Source: an uncultured virus (IMG/VR IMGVR_UViG_3300028797_000117) | Lineage: Duplodnaviria > Heunggongvirae > Uroviricota > Caudoviricetes | DNA: 63,215 bases | IMG/VR virus record: IMGVR_UViG_3300028797_000117 | Direction: 5' to 3' (one strand) | Shown here: one piece after another, positions 7,121 through 18,340 of the stretch | Layout of the letters: the number at the start of each line of letters is the position of its first letter | How positions within the stretch are numbered: position 1 is the first letter of the stretch | The notes under the pieces: generated by a model | Database searches by the model: none | What the model was told of the DNA's origin: nothing | Seen by the model: only the letters and a program-made list of their open reading frames with translations | Program-made: the position numbers and the translations under genes

Positions 7121-7952
7121 TTTTCTCTTCCTCTCCTTCTTTTTCTAATGTTAAATTTTTTCCTTGTAATGTTGCAGCTAATTGAGCAATTATATTGCAC
7201 ATTTGGCATGTTCCACCTTTCATACATTTGCGGCCGCATCTAATTCTTTTTTCCGCAAATCTTGGTAATAAACAAGTGCTATCTAAAGAATCATGTAACC
7301 CAAAAATAATTTCTTTTAAATCACCAAACCATTTTTTATCATTGAAATAAATATCATAATAAATTTTTTGTTGGTCATATCTATCATATGCAAATTCATA
7401 TATATCTATATAATCTTCATATAATCCAGTATCTTCAGGTCTAATCCAAAATTTTTGTAAATCTGGAGTATCCTCCCAAGCTGATTGTGCTATATTTGGG
7501 AAAACTCTTACCATAGTTCCATATTGATGAACTATTGGAGCAATTTTATCTAATTCAAAGCCCATACCTTCAACAATATACACATCTGTTACACTAAGAT
7601 TTAATAACCCTAATAAAATATCTCAATTAGCACATCCCATTAAAAAATAAAATTTTGCTTTAGGATATTTTTCTTTTATTGTTCCAAAAATTTCTTTTTC
7701 AAAATATGGTAATCTAACTATTATATCATATTTATCTTTTTGCTCTACTTGAAAATCAAAAGCAAAAAATAATAATTGATTATTTTCTTCATAATTATTT
7801 ATACATAGATTAATTCTTTGGTCTTTATGAAGTTCACAAAACTTTGCTAATTCTGTTAAATCTTTAATTTTAGACAAATCTATATTAATTTCATCTGCAG
7901 TATTTAATAGCTCAATTGTTTTATCTCCATAAAAATCTATACAATATTTCAT
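7068..7952 (-). CDS. hypothetical protein with C-terminal Cys cluster (possibly U32-peptidase-like), TGA=Trp
   Basis: Track ORFs 7623-8000 and 7068-7583 are in one frame joined by a TGA at 7623-7625; AAGGAGG RBS; RIRCGRKCMKGGTCQMC. Function is a guess. Confidence 0.65.
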
Positions 7953-8010
7953 GGAATTCCTCCTTAATAAAAATAAGGGAATGCTCAACACATTCCCCAA
8001 TTAAATTATA

Positions 8011-8388
8011 TTAAATAAGTTTATATGCTTTACGAGTTTTACCTGATTCATTTTTAATGTCAGTTTTTTCAACTTCGCCAAGATTAACTAATTGAGTTAA
8101 ACGAGCAATAACTTTATTTTTAGTTACATCTTCTTCATCAACTAAAGCAGTAATAGTTTCAGCATCTTGGAATTCATTAGTTAAAACTGATTTAACAGCT
8201 TCTCTTAATGCATCTCCTTCAGCTTTCTTAGCAGCAGCTCTTTCTTTTGCTTTAGCAGCCTTTGTTTCGATAGATGCGATTTGTGATTCAATGAAATAAA
8301 TTAACTCTCCTTTGTTTTCACTATTTGACTCATTAACGATTTCTTTTAACATTTCAAAATATTCTTTTTTAGTTATCTTCTTTTCCAT
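8011..8388 (-). CDS. hypothetical protein, C-terminal winged-helix-like
   Basis: AAGGAGG RBS; coiled segment then VTKNKVIARLTQLVNLGEVEK. Confidence 0.75.
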   Translation of the reverse strand: MEKKITKKEYFEMLKEIVNESNSENKGELIYFIESQIASIETKAAKAKERAAAKKAEGDALREAVKSVLTNEFQDAETITALVDEEDVTKNKVIARLTQLVNLGEVEKTDIKNESGKTRKAYKLI

Positions 8389-8447
8389 TTTTAATTCCTC
8401 CTTCTTTATTTCATTTTACATTTATATTATACTATAAATTTTTAAAT

Positions 8448-8732
8448 TTATCCATTGATGTATGAATCGATCCAGTGTATTAATTCTTGCCTATCACTAT
8501 AATTTAATTCACTCTCATCATAATTTAATTGATTTAAAACATAATTTAAATAATTTTCAGGGTCTACATAATAAGACAAATCTAATTCATATTTATATGC
8601 TTTAGTATATCCTTTAACTTGGTCTACAATTTCAAGACTATTTCTTAAAAAATAACCTACCCCATCTTGAATTGGATTAATTCCATCTGAAGTCGGATCC
8701 ATAAAATTTTTTAAATGAAACATATTTATCAC
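8448..8732 (-). CDS. hypothetical protein
   Basis: 94 aa ORF with AAGGAAAGG RBS and promoter TTGATT-17-TATAAT at 8751-8779. Confidence 0.7.
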   Translation of the reverse strand: MINMFHLKNFMDPTSDGINPIQDGVGYFLRNSLEIVDQVKGYTKAYKYELDLSYYVDPENYLNYVLNQLNYDESELNYSDRQELIHWIDSYING

Positions 8733-8791
8733 CTTTCCTTTTCTAATATAATTATATAATATTTTTTATAAAAAATCAATAGCAAAATATA

Positions 8792-8820
8792 TTGACAAAA
8801 ATAAAAATTTTTAGTAAAAT
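8792..8820 (+). promoter_or_regulatory. near-consensus plus-strand promoter facing a GC-rich non-coding element
   Basis: TTGACA-17-TAAAAT, divergent from the minus-strand promoter at 8751-8779. Confidence 0.65.
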
Positions 8821-8900
8821 CGCGTGCGCACGCGCGTATATATAAATAAGGATGGGCGGCGGCACCCGTCTAATACTACTTGGATCGGGTCCTCCGCTTA

Positions 8901-8933
8901 TAAAAAAAAAGAGTAGAAACTCCTTCTACTCTT
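8901..8933. terminator. intrinsic terminator after the endolysin gene
   Basis: AAGAGTAGAA/TTCTACTCTT inverted repeat with an A9 run on the left (T run on the minus strand). Confidence 0.75.
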
Positions 8934-9681
8934 ATTTACCTTTATATAACCAACCTAATGCATGAGCAGTGTTTTTACCAACTGTTCCATCTGCAGTAAG
9001 TTTTTTAGCTTTTTGGAATTTTTTAACAGCAGCTTTAGTTAATTCACCATAACCGCCATCAATACCATCTTTATTTGCACCTGTTTTACCTAAATTATAG
9101 CCTCTTTTTTTAAGTTCTTTTTGTAATTCTTTTACATCTGAACCTGTGCATCCTCTTTTAAGTAATCTAGTTAAATTATATTTATCATCCCCAAAGTTTG
9201 TAGGATTATAAATAAATCCTTGAAAAGTATATTTAGCACCCATATAATAATTAGTAGATTTTTTATATAATTTAGTATAATATCTACTTCCACCATATGC
9301 GCTATTTGAAGTTAATACATCTCCATTGTCATATACTTTTTCTACAAATGCTACATGTCCTGCTCCATCTGAAGCGTTTCCTGCTTTACCTTTTCTCCAA
9401 CAAATGATAGCTCCTATTCTAGGTTCTTTTCCTCTTTTATAGCCATCTTTAGTATATGGATAATAATTTTCAGCATTTCCTGTTGGTAATTTATCATATT
9501 TACTATAATTAGTTTGGTTTTGGCTTTCTAACCATCTTCCATGTACCATACCAACGCAATTTGGAAGACAAGAATGAGTATTTTTATTAATTTCCATTGC
9601 TCTGTTATATCCACCTTTACCTGCTTTTAAATAGAACTTGTTTGTAGCAGAAGGTGCGCTTGTTCTTGGGACAAATTTCAT
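8932..9681 (-). CDS. endolysin: CHAP amidase/endopeptidase plus peptidoglycan-binding (PG_binding_1) domain
   Basis: LPNCVG (Cys), GNAENY, GAGHVAFVE (His); LKRGCTGSDVKELQKEL...DGGYGELTKAAVKKFQ...L.ADG.VG; start MKFVPR at 9681. Confidence 0.9.
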   Translation of the reverse strand: MKFVPRTSAPSATNKFYLKAGKGGYNRAMEINKNTHSCLPNCVGMVHGRWLESQNQTNYSKYDKLPTGNAENYYPYTKDGYKRGKEPRIGAIICWRKGKAGNASDGAGHVAFVEKVYDNGDVLTSNSAYGGSRYYTKLYKKSTNYYMGAKYTFQGFIYNPTNFGDDKYNLTRLLKRGCTGSDVKELQKELKKRGYNLGKTGANKDGIDGGYGELTKAAVKKFQKAKKLTADGTVGKNTAHALGWLYKGK

Positions 9682-9682
9682 A

Positions 9683-10117
9683 TTATTCTTCCCCCTCTGT
9701 AATTTCAGCTTCAGGGATATTATCTTCCCAGAACTCTTCATTTTCTTCGTCTTCTTCGTTTTCATCAGCTAAGATTTCGATTTCTTCTTCTTCGATTTCA
9801 CCAATAATATCTTCAGCTTCTGTATCGATAGATTCTAAATCATCTTCATTAAATGTATCTTGTTCTTCTTCTTTTGTTTCAACAAGTTTTTGTAAATTAT
9901 GAACAATGTCATATAACCCACCAGCTAAAGAACCTGTTAACATTAATGCAGCTTCAAAATCTTTAGAAATAATCCAATATATGATAGTTACTATAATTCC
10001 AATAATTAAGTTTTGAACTGGAATTAAATTATTGCTAATATATTTGCTTTTCTTAGCAAAATAACCCATAATCCAAGTAACAATTAATGTTACCGCATAT
10101 AAAATAAGATTTTCCAT
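9683..10117 (-). CDS. holin with long acidic C-terminal tail
   Basis: Two to three TM segments, NNLIP..LIIG and G.LAGGLYD motifs, immediately upstream of endolysin. Confidence 0.8.
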   Translation of the reverse strand: MENLILYAVTLIVTWIMGYFAKKSKYISNNLIPVQNLIIGIIVTIIYWIISKDFEAALMLTGSLAGGLYDIVHNLQKLVETKEEEQDTFNEDDLESIDTEAEDIIGEIEEEEIEILADENEEDEENEEFWEDNIPEAEITEGEE

Positions 10118-10194
10118 AATGTTTCCTCCTTTTTCTATTTTCTACTATTTTTTAAAAAAAAGGATAAAAATATTATATATATTAGTCCAAAGGC

Positions 10195-11292
10195 TTATTT
10201 TCTTGTATAAAAATCTGGTGCACAAACTCCACATTTTATATTATTTTGTTTAATTTCTTCTGGTATTTTATCTCAAATTCGATATATATCTTCTTCATCA
10301 TATGGAATATCATCTAACATTTCTAAAAATTGAATAATATTAGGTTGAGCCATAAAAATTCTATAATTATATTGGCTTTTTCCTAATTCTTGCATATTTT
10401 CTTCATAAGTATTTATAAATTCTGGAGTTGCATAATCTAAATTATATTTTTTTCACAATTTATTATAATATTTTTTTATATATTCAAAATTTTGTTCTTG
10501 AAAAAATTCTTCTCTAGAACTCACATCACAATAAGATATATAAAGAAAAACCATTGTAGATAAAATTTCATTTTTAATAAAGTTTTTATCTAATTTTTGT
10601 TTTTCAGCTCAATCAAATAATTCTATTGCTCCTTCTACAAAACCACAAACTCCCTGATCATAACTATATTGATGATGATTAATTGTTGTAATAGAATCTT
10701 TTGTAGGATATCAACCATAAGTAAAACCATCAACAAAAGGGATTTCTTTTTTTAATTTTGCATAAATAAACATTACTTTTTTATTAAAAAAAGTATCTTC
10801 ATTAGCTCTTTGGTCTGTAAATTTTATATTATATTTTTTTAAAAATTTTCTTTTGTATATTTTTCCAAAAACTCAAACATTATCATTTATATGATGCAAA
10901 TAAGTTTCTATAGGAGTATATTCAATAAAACTACTAAAAACAACATCTTCTTTTTTTCTTTCTATTTCACCTAACAAATCATTAAAAACAAACCCTCCAA
11001 ATAAAACATCATCTGCATCTGCAAACATAATATATGGACAGTTAGTATGATCTATCCCATATTGTCTTGCATACCCGGGGCCTTTATTAACAGGAAGAAT
11101 TATTTCTTGAATATCAAGAACTTCTTTAAAATTTTTAATAATTTCTTCATAAGAACCTTCAGGACAACAATCATTTATTAAAGTAACTTTTACTCATTCA
11201 TTATGAGCTTGCTGAGCTATTGAACATAATAATCTAAAAAGTGTTTTATGTGCTTTATATACAGGTATTATTAAATCAATTTTTTTATCCAT
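10195..11292 (-). CDS. glycosyltransferase family 2, TGA=Trp
   Basis: IDLIIPVYKA, INDC, NKGPGYARQYGI, YIMFADADD; open only if TGA is sense; absent from the ORF track. Confidence 0.85.
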
Positions 11293-11314
11293 TTTTCCTT
11301 TCCTTCTTTCTATA

Positions 11315-12085
11315 TTAATTTATTCCTGGTTTCCAAGTTCCTCCAGATTTTACATCTACTTCATTAGCTACTACTCAGCTACCATTTTTTTTCACATAAC
11401 AAGTCCCAAGTACTCAAGAACCATTAACTTTTACTCATACCTTAGCTCCTAAAGTTTTTCCTGTTACTGTAGTATAAACAAAATCACTTGAATCATCTGT
11501 ATATGAGGTTGCTCTCGATCTGATATAAAAGGTATATGTAGTATTAGGAGTTAATCCTGTAAAAGTTGGACTAGATTGAAAATTAGTATTATCCATACTA
11601 TAACCAATTGATTGAGAAGTAGCTAAATTTAAAGTGTTTTTAGTATTAAAATATTTTCCATTACAAGTGCTAGAATCACTTTTAGTAATTGCAATATTAA
11701 TATATTTACCAGTTCCTGTTGCAACCCCTGAATAAGTTGCACCAACATTTCCTCAAGCATGACGGTCTGCCATAGAAGTCCCTGATTTATTAAAATAAAC
11801 AGTACATTTTTCTCTCGTATGAGCAGTTCCATTAATATTTTGTTTTACATTATTAACAGCACTTGCAGATCAGCTATTATAACTATCAGTTCTTCCTCCT
11901 CTAATTTGACTTATTGTAAAACTTCCTGTAGTAGGCGCAGCAACTGTTGCATTTACAGTAATACTTGTTCTACTATTTGTTGTAGAAACACTAGAAAAAG
12001 AAGGTTTATCTGGAGTAAATTTTCAATTCAAATAAATAAAAAATCTACTATTATTTCCAGATACATTTGTACTTACTGCTGGCAT
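11315..12085 (-). CDS. virion/tail-associated protein with FN3-like domain, TGA=Trp
   Basis: AAAGGAG RBS; TFTGLTPNTTYTFYIRSR FN3-like strand; C-terminal VKVNGSW/VKKNGSW/VKSGGTW repeats. Confidence 0.7.
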
Positions 12086-12192
12086 TTCTATCTCTCCTTT
12101 TTTTTATCTTATAATATAAAATATCCCTTTCTATTTATTAAAAATATAAAAAATATATTAATTATATTAACCCAAAGGAAAAATATAGAAAA

Positions 12193-13326
12193 TTATTTTT
12201 CTCCATCTGTATATACATATCCCTCTTTACCTAATACGCCTGATTTTTCATCAAGTTCTTTAACTCAATCTGGAAGTCTAGTACGGATTTCATCAAATTC
12301 TTCTTTCCCTTTGTATTTATCAGTTTTTATTTTTTCTAAAAATTGGAAAAAAGTTAATTGAGGAATAATTCCTACCATATCCTGAGAATGTCCTGCAAAT
12401 TGCATTGTATACATTGTTTTTAAAACCTTTTCATCTATTTGATCTTCAATTTGTTTATAACAAGAGTGATAAAATCTTTTAGCATTAAAGAAATTTTCTT
12501 CTGCAAACATTGGTTTTTTCTCTAAACATTGAACATATGTAAAATATTGTCCTATCATCATTTCAACAGTAAATCTAGTTATACTACCATTAAAAGGATT
12601 TTTTTTCTTACAAAATTTAATTGCATTTATAGATGCGGCAGTCGCCCCAACTTGGCATAAATCTCAATTATATAACGGTTCTCCTTCATTTTCTTCTATC
12701 CCTATACGCGTTATAGAATGCTCTGAACCCTTACGCCATAAATAAGTTATTTTATCTACTTTATTTATTTTTATAGGAGTTCCTTCAATAGAAAGACGAA
12801 TTTTTCAATTTAATTCTCCATCTTCCATTGCACGTAAATTAGAAAATTTTATATCATTAGATTTTAAAAATTGTAAATTATATAATCTTCCAAAAACCCA
12901 AGGATGCCCTTCATCAGTTCTAGGCATCATACGAATCCCCATAGGGTTAGGATCTACTTCTTGACAAAAAATAGTTTGAACCTCAATACAATCTGGAGTA
13001 ATTCCTTCTTTCATATTTTCAAGAGCCATTGGATCATAAAATACATCGTCTGCATCTATCCAAGTAATCCATTCTGTTTTTGCGGCGTCCGCACATCTTT
13101 GGCGTGCTAAACCTGGTCCTGTGTTTTCTTTACAATCTAAAATTGTTATATCTAAATCAGGAAATCTTTTTTTAACAAAATCATAATTATCAGTTGGATT
13201 ATCTTTTGCTATAATAATTGCAACCTCATTTTTTATTGATTGAATCTGAATTGATGATAAACAATCGCAAATATGAGATTCTGCTTTATATGCAGGAATT
13301 CCTATTGTTATTAATTTTTTTACCAT
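12193..13326 (-). CDS. glycosyltransferase family 2, TGA=Trp
   Basis: ITIGIPAYKA, NTGPGLARQ, WITWIDADD, MEDGELN; joins track ORFs 12805-13326 and 12265-12561. Confidence 0.88.
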
Positions 13327-13380
13327 ATTAAATGCCTCCCTTATAAAATTAGTTTACTTTATTTTTTCTTTTATGTCAAA

Positions 13381-13404
13381 TAAAAAAGAGGCGGATTTCC
13401 GCCT
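13381..13404 (-). terminator. intrinsic terminator
   Basis: AGGCGG-ATTT-CCGCCT hairpin followed by a T run on the minus strand, just after the LRR gene stop. Confidence 0.7.
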
Positions 13405-15933
13405 TTATACAGTCCATCCTGCACTTTGTAATTGCGAAACTAAACTAGCTCCTACAGTTGCAGTGTTTATTATTTTATTACAATTATAAAAAGGACTATT
13501 TACATTTGTATTTTTTAAATTTTTGCTTGTTACATTTGTTGCTGTTAATAAAACTTTTGCAAAATTTGTTAAAGTTGCTGTTGTAAGATTATTACATCCT
13601 AATCAGAAATTATTAATTTGTGTACAGTTCACAAGATTTCAATTTGTTAAATCTACAGATTGTAATTGACGACATCAATAAAATAAGTTTTCCATAGAAG
13701 TAACTTTAGAAACATTTCAATCTGCAAGATTTACAGCTGTTATTTTTTGACATCCATAAAACATTCTTGACATACTTTCAACATTTTTTACTTTTCATCC
13801 TGTTAAATTTAAAGTCGTTAATCAAGTCATAGATTGAAACATATAATCTAATTTTGTAGCATTTATAAAATTCCAATTTTGAAGATTTAATGCTGTAAGA
13901 TTTCCTGACCCAAAAACTCTTTGAGCATAGTTTACGTTTGAAACATCAAAATCCGCTAAATTAAGACTCATTGATTGACGTAAAGAACCAAACATTGCAT
14001 CCATACGCTCTAAATTTTTAGTATTCCAACTTTTTACAAAATTAAAATCCGTTCAATTAGAATGTGCAAAAAGATAATCCATTCTTTTTACATTATTAAC
14101 TTTTCAATTAATAAGATTCATAGCAGGAAGTTCTAAATTATAAAAAATATATCCTAAATCTTCTGCATTACGAGTATCTCAATTTAGAAAATTTATATTA
14201 ATATTAGAAAAGTTTAAATTTTCACTAGATTTAAAAATACCATTAAAATTTTTAATTTTATATAAATTCCCTCATGTTGTTGGAATTATAAGAGTGCTTA
14301 AATTATGACAAGCAGCAAACATTTCACTAATATCAGTAGCATTATTTAAATTTCATTTTATTAAATTCAAAGATGTTAAATGATTACAAAATGCAAATAC
14401 TCCTGCAAGATTATTTACATTATTTAAATTTCAATTATTTACATTTAAAGATGTTAAGCTATAACAGCCATTAAATATACCTGCAAAATTACTTATATTA
14501 GAAGTGTCTCAATCATTTACATTTAACCTTAATAAATTACCACAAGCACGAAAAGCATGTGATGCATCAATAAGATTTTTTGTTCCTCATTTTATATTAT
14601 CAATTTGAGTTAAATTAGTACATTCATGAAACATATGAGAAATATTTGTTACATTATTAATATTTACACTAGAAGGCGCTTGAATATTATTTAATTGAAG
14701 ATCTCAATAAAATGCATAAGATAAATCTTTTACATTAATAAAATTTGCATTTACAATATTTAAAGTTTGTAAATGATTACAATAATTAAAACAACAAGAC
14801 ATATTTGTTACATTATGAGTATTCCAATTATATAAATTAATAGTAGATAAACCATAGCAATAATTGAAAGTTCCATACATATTTGTAACATTGCGAGTAT
14901 CTCAAGCTCCAATATTAAGAGTCGTTAAACCATTACATTTACCAAAAGTATTATATAGATTTTGCAATTGTTCAGTATTTCAAGTTGAAGCATTAAAATC
15001 TGTCATTCTATAACATCAGTAAAACATATTACTCATATTTTGTAATTTTTTTACATTCCAAGTAGAAACATTTATACCAGTAAGATTATAACAATTATAA
15101 AACATTTGACTCATATCATTTACATTAGATACATTTCAATTATTAAGATTAAAAGTTGGAACTTTATAACAATAATAAAAAGTCCCTTTCATATTATTTA
15201 CATTTGTTGTATTTCAATTATTAACATTTAAACTTGTTATATTATAAAGATAAGCAAAAGTATAAGCAAGATTATTTACATTATTTGTAACTCATTTATT
15301 AACATTTAAGCTTGTTAAACTATTACAAAAATAAAATAAATAACTCATATTAATCACTTTTTTAGTATCTCAATTATTTATATTTAAAATAGGGACTTCT
15401 CTACATCTATAAAAAGTCATCCCCAAATTATTTACATTACTTATATTTCAAAATTGAGTATCTATTTTTTTTAAATTATAACAATTATAAAAAAGTCCAT
15501 ATAAAGTTTGAACTTGATTTAAATTTCAACGTGCTGTATAAATATTGTTTAATCCAAAACAATTTGTAAAAGTTATAGAAAAATCTTTCACTTTCCCAGT
15601 ATTTCAACTAGAAGTATCTAAAGTGGTAATATTTGGGCAATCTGAAAATGTTTGTTTAAAATTGGTTACTTGAGAGACATCTCAATTAGAAACATCTATA
15701 TTATTCAAATTTGGGCAGTTATAAAAAGAAGCCCAAAAATTGTTTACTAATCTTAAATCTTTTCCATTTTTTATATTAAATTTTTGTAAATTTGATAAAT
15801 CCATTGCTATTCTATCTAAACTATGAGTAGAAGCAAAATAAGGTAATTTCATTGTAATATTATTTATTGAAGATGAAAAAGGATCAAAACTATCATTATT
15901 CACTCTAAATAAATGACCAAAACTTATCGCCAT
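13405..15933 (-). CDS. BspA/DUF285-type leucine-rich-repeat protein (842 aa), TGA=Trp
   Basis: About 26-aa repeats (L.SLN..NW.T.NV.N....F..C); more than 20 in-frame TGA, many exactly 78 nt apart at the repeat Trp; AGGAGG RBS. Confidence 0.9.
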
Positions 15934-15935
15934 AA

Positions 15936-16898
15936 TTAATTACCTCCTGTGTAAGCAATTTTTATATCTGGACTTTCAACTACTAAACTAGGAGCAAAAT
16001 CCTCGCTTGCATCTATATTTACTAATCGACCTTCAAGATATAAACCATCTGCAAAATTTATAGATTTAACTTGTGAAACATCTCAATCTGTTATTTCATA
16101 ATTGGCTTGAAAAACTTTACAATAACCAGAACCATAAGGGGATTCAAGAGTTCATTCGTCTCCAGAATAATCAACTCCTAATTTAAAATCATCTATATAC
16201 CAAGAAGCTATATTATTTATAAAAAGTTTAATATCTACTTCAACAAGCTCTCCAGGTTGGTAACCTATTGATGCATTTACTGGAGTACTAGTCTCTCTTA
16301 TTGAAATTTTTACTTGAGGAACTACTCTTTCAAAAAATATATTACTTGCATTTAATATACCAGAATCATATACTTCGCTTCCATTAAAATATAAATTATC
16401 AACAACAGTATTATCTGGAAGTATTTCATAACTTTCATCATATTCATCATAATTTAAAAAACTTTTTAAAACAATCTTTGGAGGAATTTGACCCACAATA
16501 TCTCATTGATATACTCCATCTTCATATCTACTTAATGCTAACATTGGATAATGATCTCCATTCCCTGGTATAATTCCAGCTGTACTAGTTGGTGCAGTTG
16601 TACTTCCATAATAAATTCTTAAATCTGTTGCATTTGTTAAAGCTCTTATCCCCGCTAATAATGCACTATAACTATTATATTCTACAGTTTGAAGAGTACT
16701 TTGAGATGTTGTCAAATATTTTAGTACATAATGATCTGGTATTATATAAGTTGCAGCAACTCATTGAGTTCCATCATGAATATAATAAACATCTGTATTT
16801 TTATTTCATAAACAATCTCCTTTTCAATAATAATTTAACATATTTTGTCAATCATAACCAAAAGGAACCGAAGCAAAAGGGATTACTTTTTCATTCAT
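15936..16898 (-). CDS. hypothetical virion-associated protein, TGA=Trp
   Basis: GGGGG RBS, MNEKVIPF start; single frame joining track ORFs 16503-16715 and 16152-16496. Confidence 0.7.
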
Positions 16899-16909
16899 AT
16901 TATTTCCCC

Positions 16910-17674
16910 CTAAGCATTTGTTCCATCATTAGTAATATATAATGTTGCAGTGTTTGAATCAAAACGCATTTTTATTCCACCTACAACATTATAATTAGCA
17001 TTTGGAATCATGTCAGGAAGTTTTCCATCTGTTCTTAAATAATAATTAGTTCCATTATAAAAAGCTATATAAGGTCCTGCAGGTAAAGTATAATTACTAG
17101 AACTGCTTGCAGAACCATTAATATAAATAGGTTTTGCTCCTTGTCCATTAATATTTAAAGTAATTGCACCTGCATATGTATTTGCATATCTAAAATTAAT
17201 ATGAACATAAGAATTAGCTGTTGCAGTATAATAATCCATATCTGCAGTCTTCGCTTGAGTTCCTGCAGCAGTTTTAGATAATGCACTTGTGTAAGTATTA
17301 AAATTTGTGTCTCAATTACATGCTATTCATTCTCAATAAGTTCCAGTATATTGGTAATAAATAATATTTTCTGCATATCCTGTTACTATATATGAACTTC
17401 CTGTATAAGGATGATTAGTATCATAACCTATTGATTTTGCCCCAGACCCATTTACATTTAATGTTACTGAACTTGCACTATTTGTATTAGTAAATTGTAC
17501 TCCAATAATATTACCAGCTTGTAAATTTCATGTAGGGTCAGCAACTACAACTTCTTTTGCCGCAGTTGCTGCTGCGGTTGAACAAGTTCCAAAAGCTATT
17601 TTAGGAGTATTATTATATGAATTTCCTACAACTCTTGAATCACCTGTAACTAAAAGATCTTTTAATTGTGCCAT
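16910..17674 (-). CDS. tail fibre-associated protein, TGA=Trp
   Basis: MAQLKDLLVTG, FGTCSTAAATAAKEV, TLNVNGSGAKSI and TLNINGQGAKPI repeated modules. Confidence 0.75.
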
Positions 17675-17690
17675 ATCCTTTTACCTCCTT

Positions 17691-18338
17691 TTACATTTCA
17701 ATGAAATTGTTTGCATAAACATAACTTTTTCCAATTTTAGAATTTCCTTCTGATTCTGAAAATCCTTGATGAGTTAAATTTGTAATTTTAAAATAATAAA
17801 CTTCAAAAGTCATTCCTGTATTTGCATTATATCCTGTTCTAATATTTGTTGTAGTATTATTTTCTCCTAATTGAATCATTTGAGTTGACCCTTCAGGAGC
17901 AGGAACTGCATCTGGATTGACATTTGAACCTATAATATATGATTTAACAGTTTTTAATGTTGTTGAATTATAATTTGATAACCAATAAGTATTTCATTGA
18001 GATTCCGCATTACTTTGTTTATCTCCTCATTTTTTTGTAGTTGTATTATAAGTATATCTATATGTATTAGTATCTGCTTTAGACCCTATAAAAACTCCTG
18101 AATTATCGCTCAAAACTGTGAAAGCTAAACTAAATTCAATTTGAATAATATCTTCAGGTCCAACAGTAAAAGTTTTTGAAGTTAGTTGAGGACTTTGTCC
18201 TGTTAAAGTAAGAATATTATTAATTATTGAACCACTAACTGTCCAATCTGTTGTAGTATGAGTATCTCCAAAATTATTTACTAAATATGAATTTTCACTA
18301 GGAATACTTGTTCAAACTCCATTTTTATATAAACTCAT
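17691..18338 (-). CDS. tail-associated hypothetical protein, TGA=Trp
   Basis: AAGGAGG RBS, MSLYKNGVW; C-terminal YANNFIEM. Confidence 0.7.
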
Positions 18339-18340
18339 AA

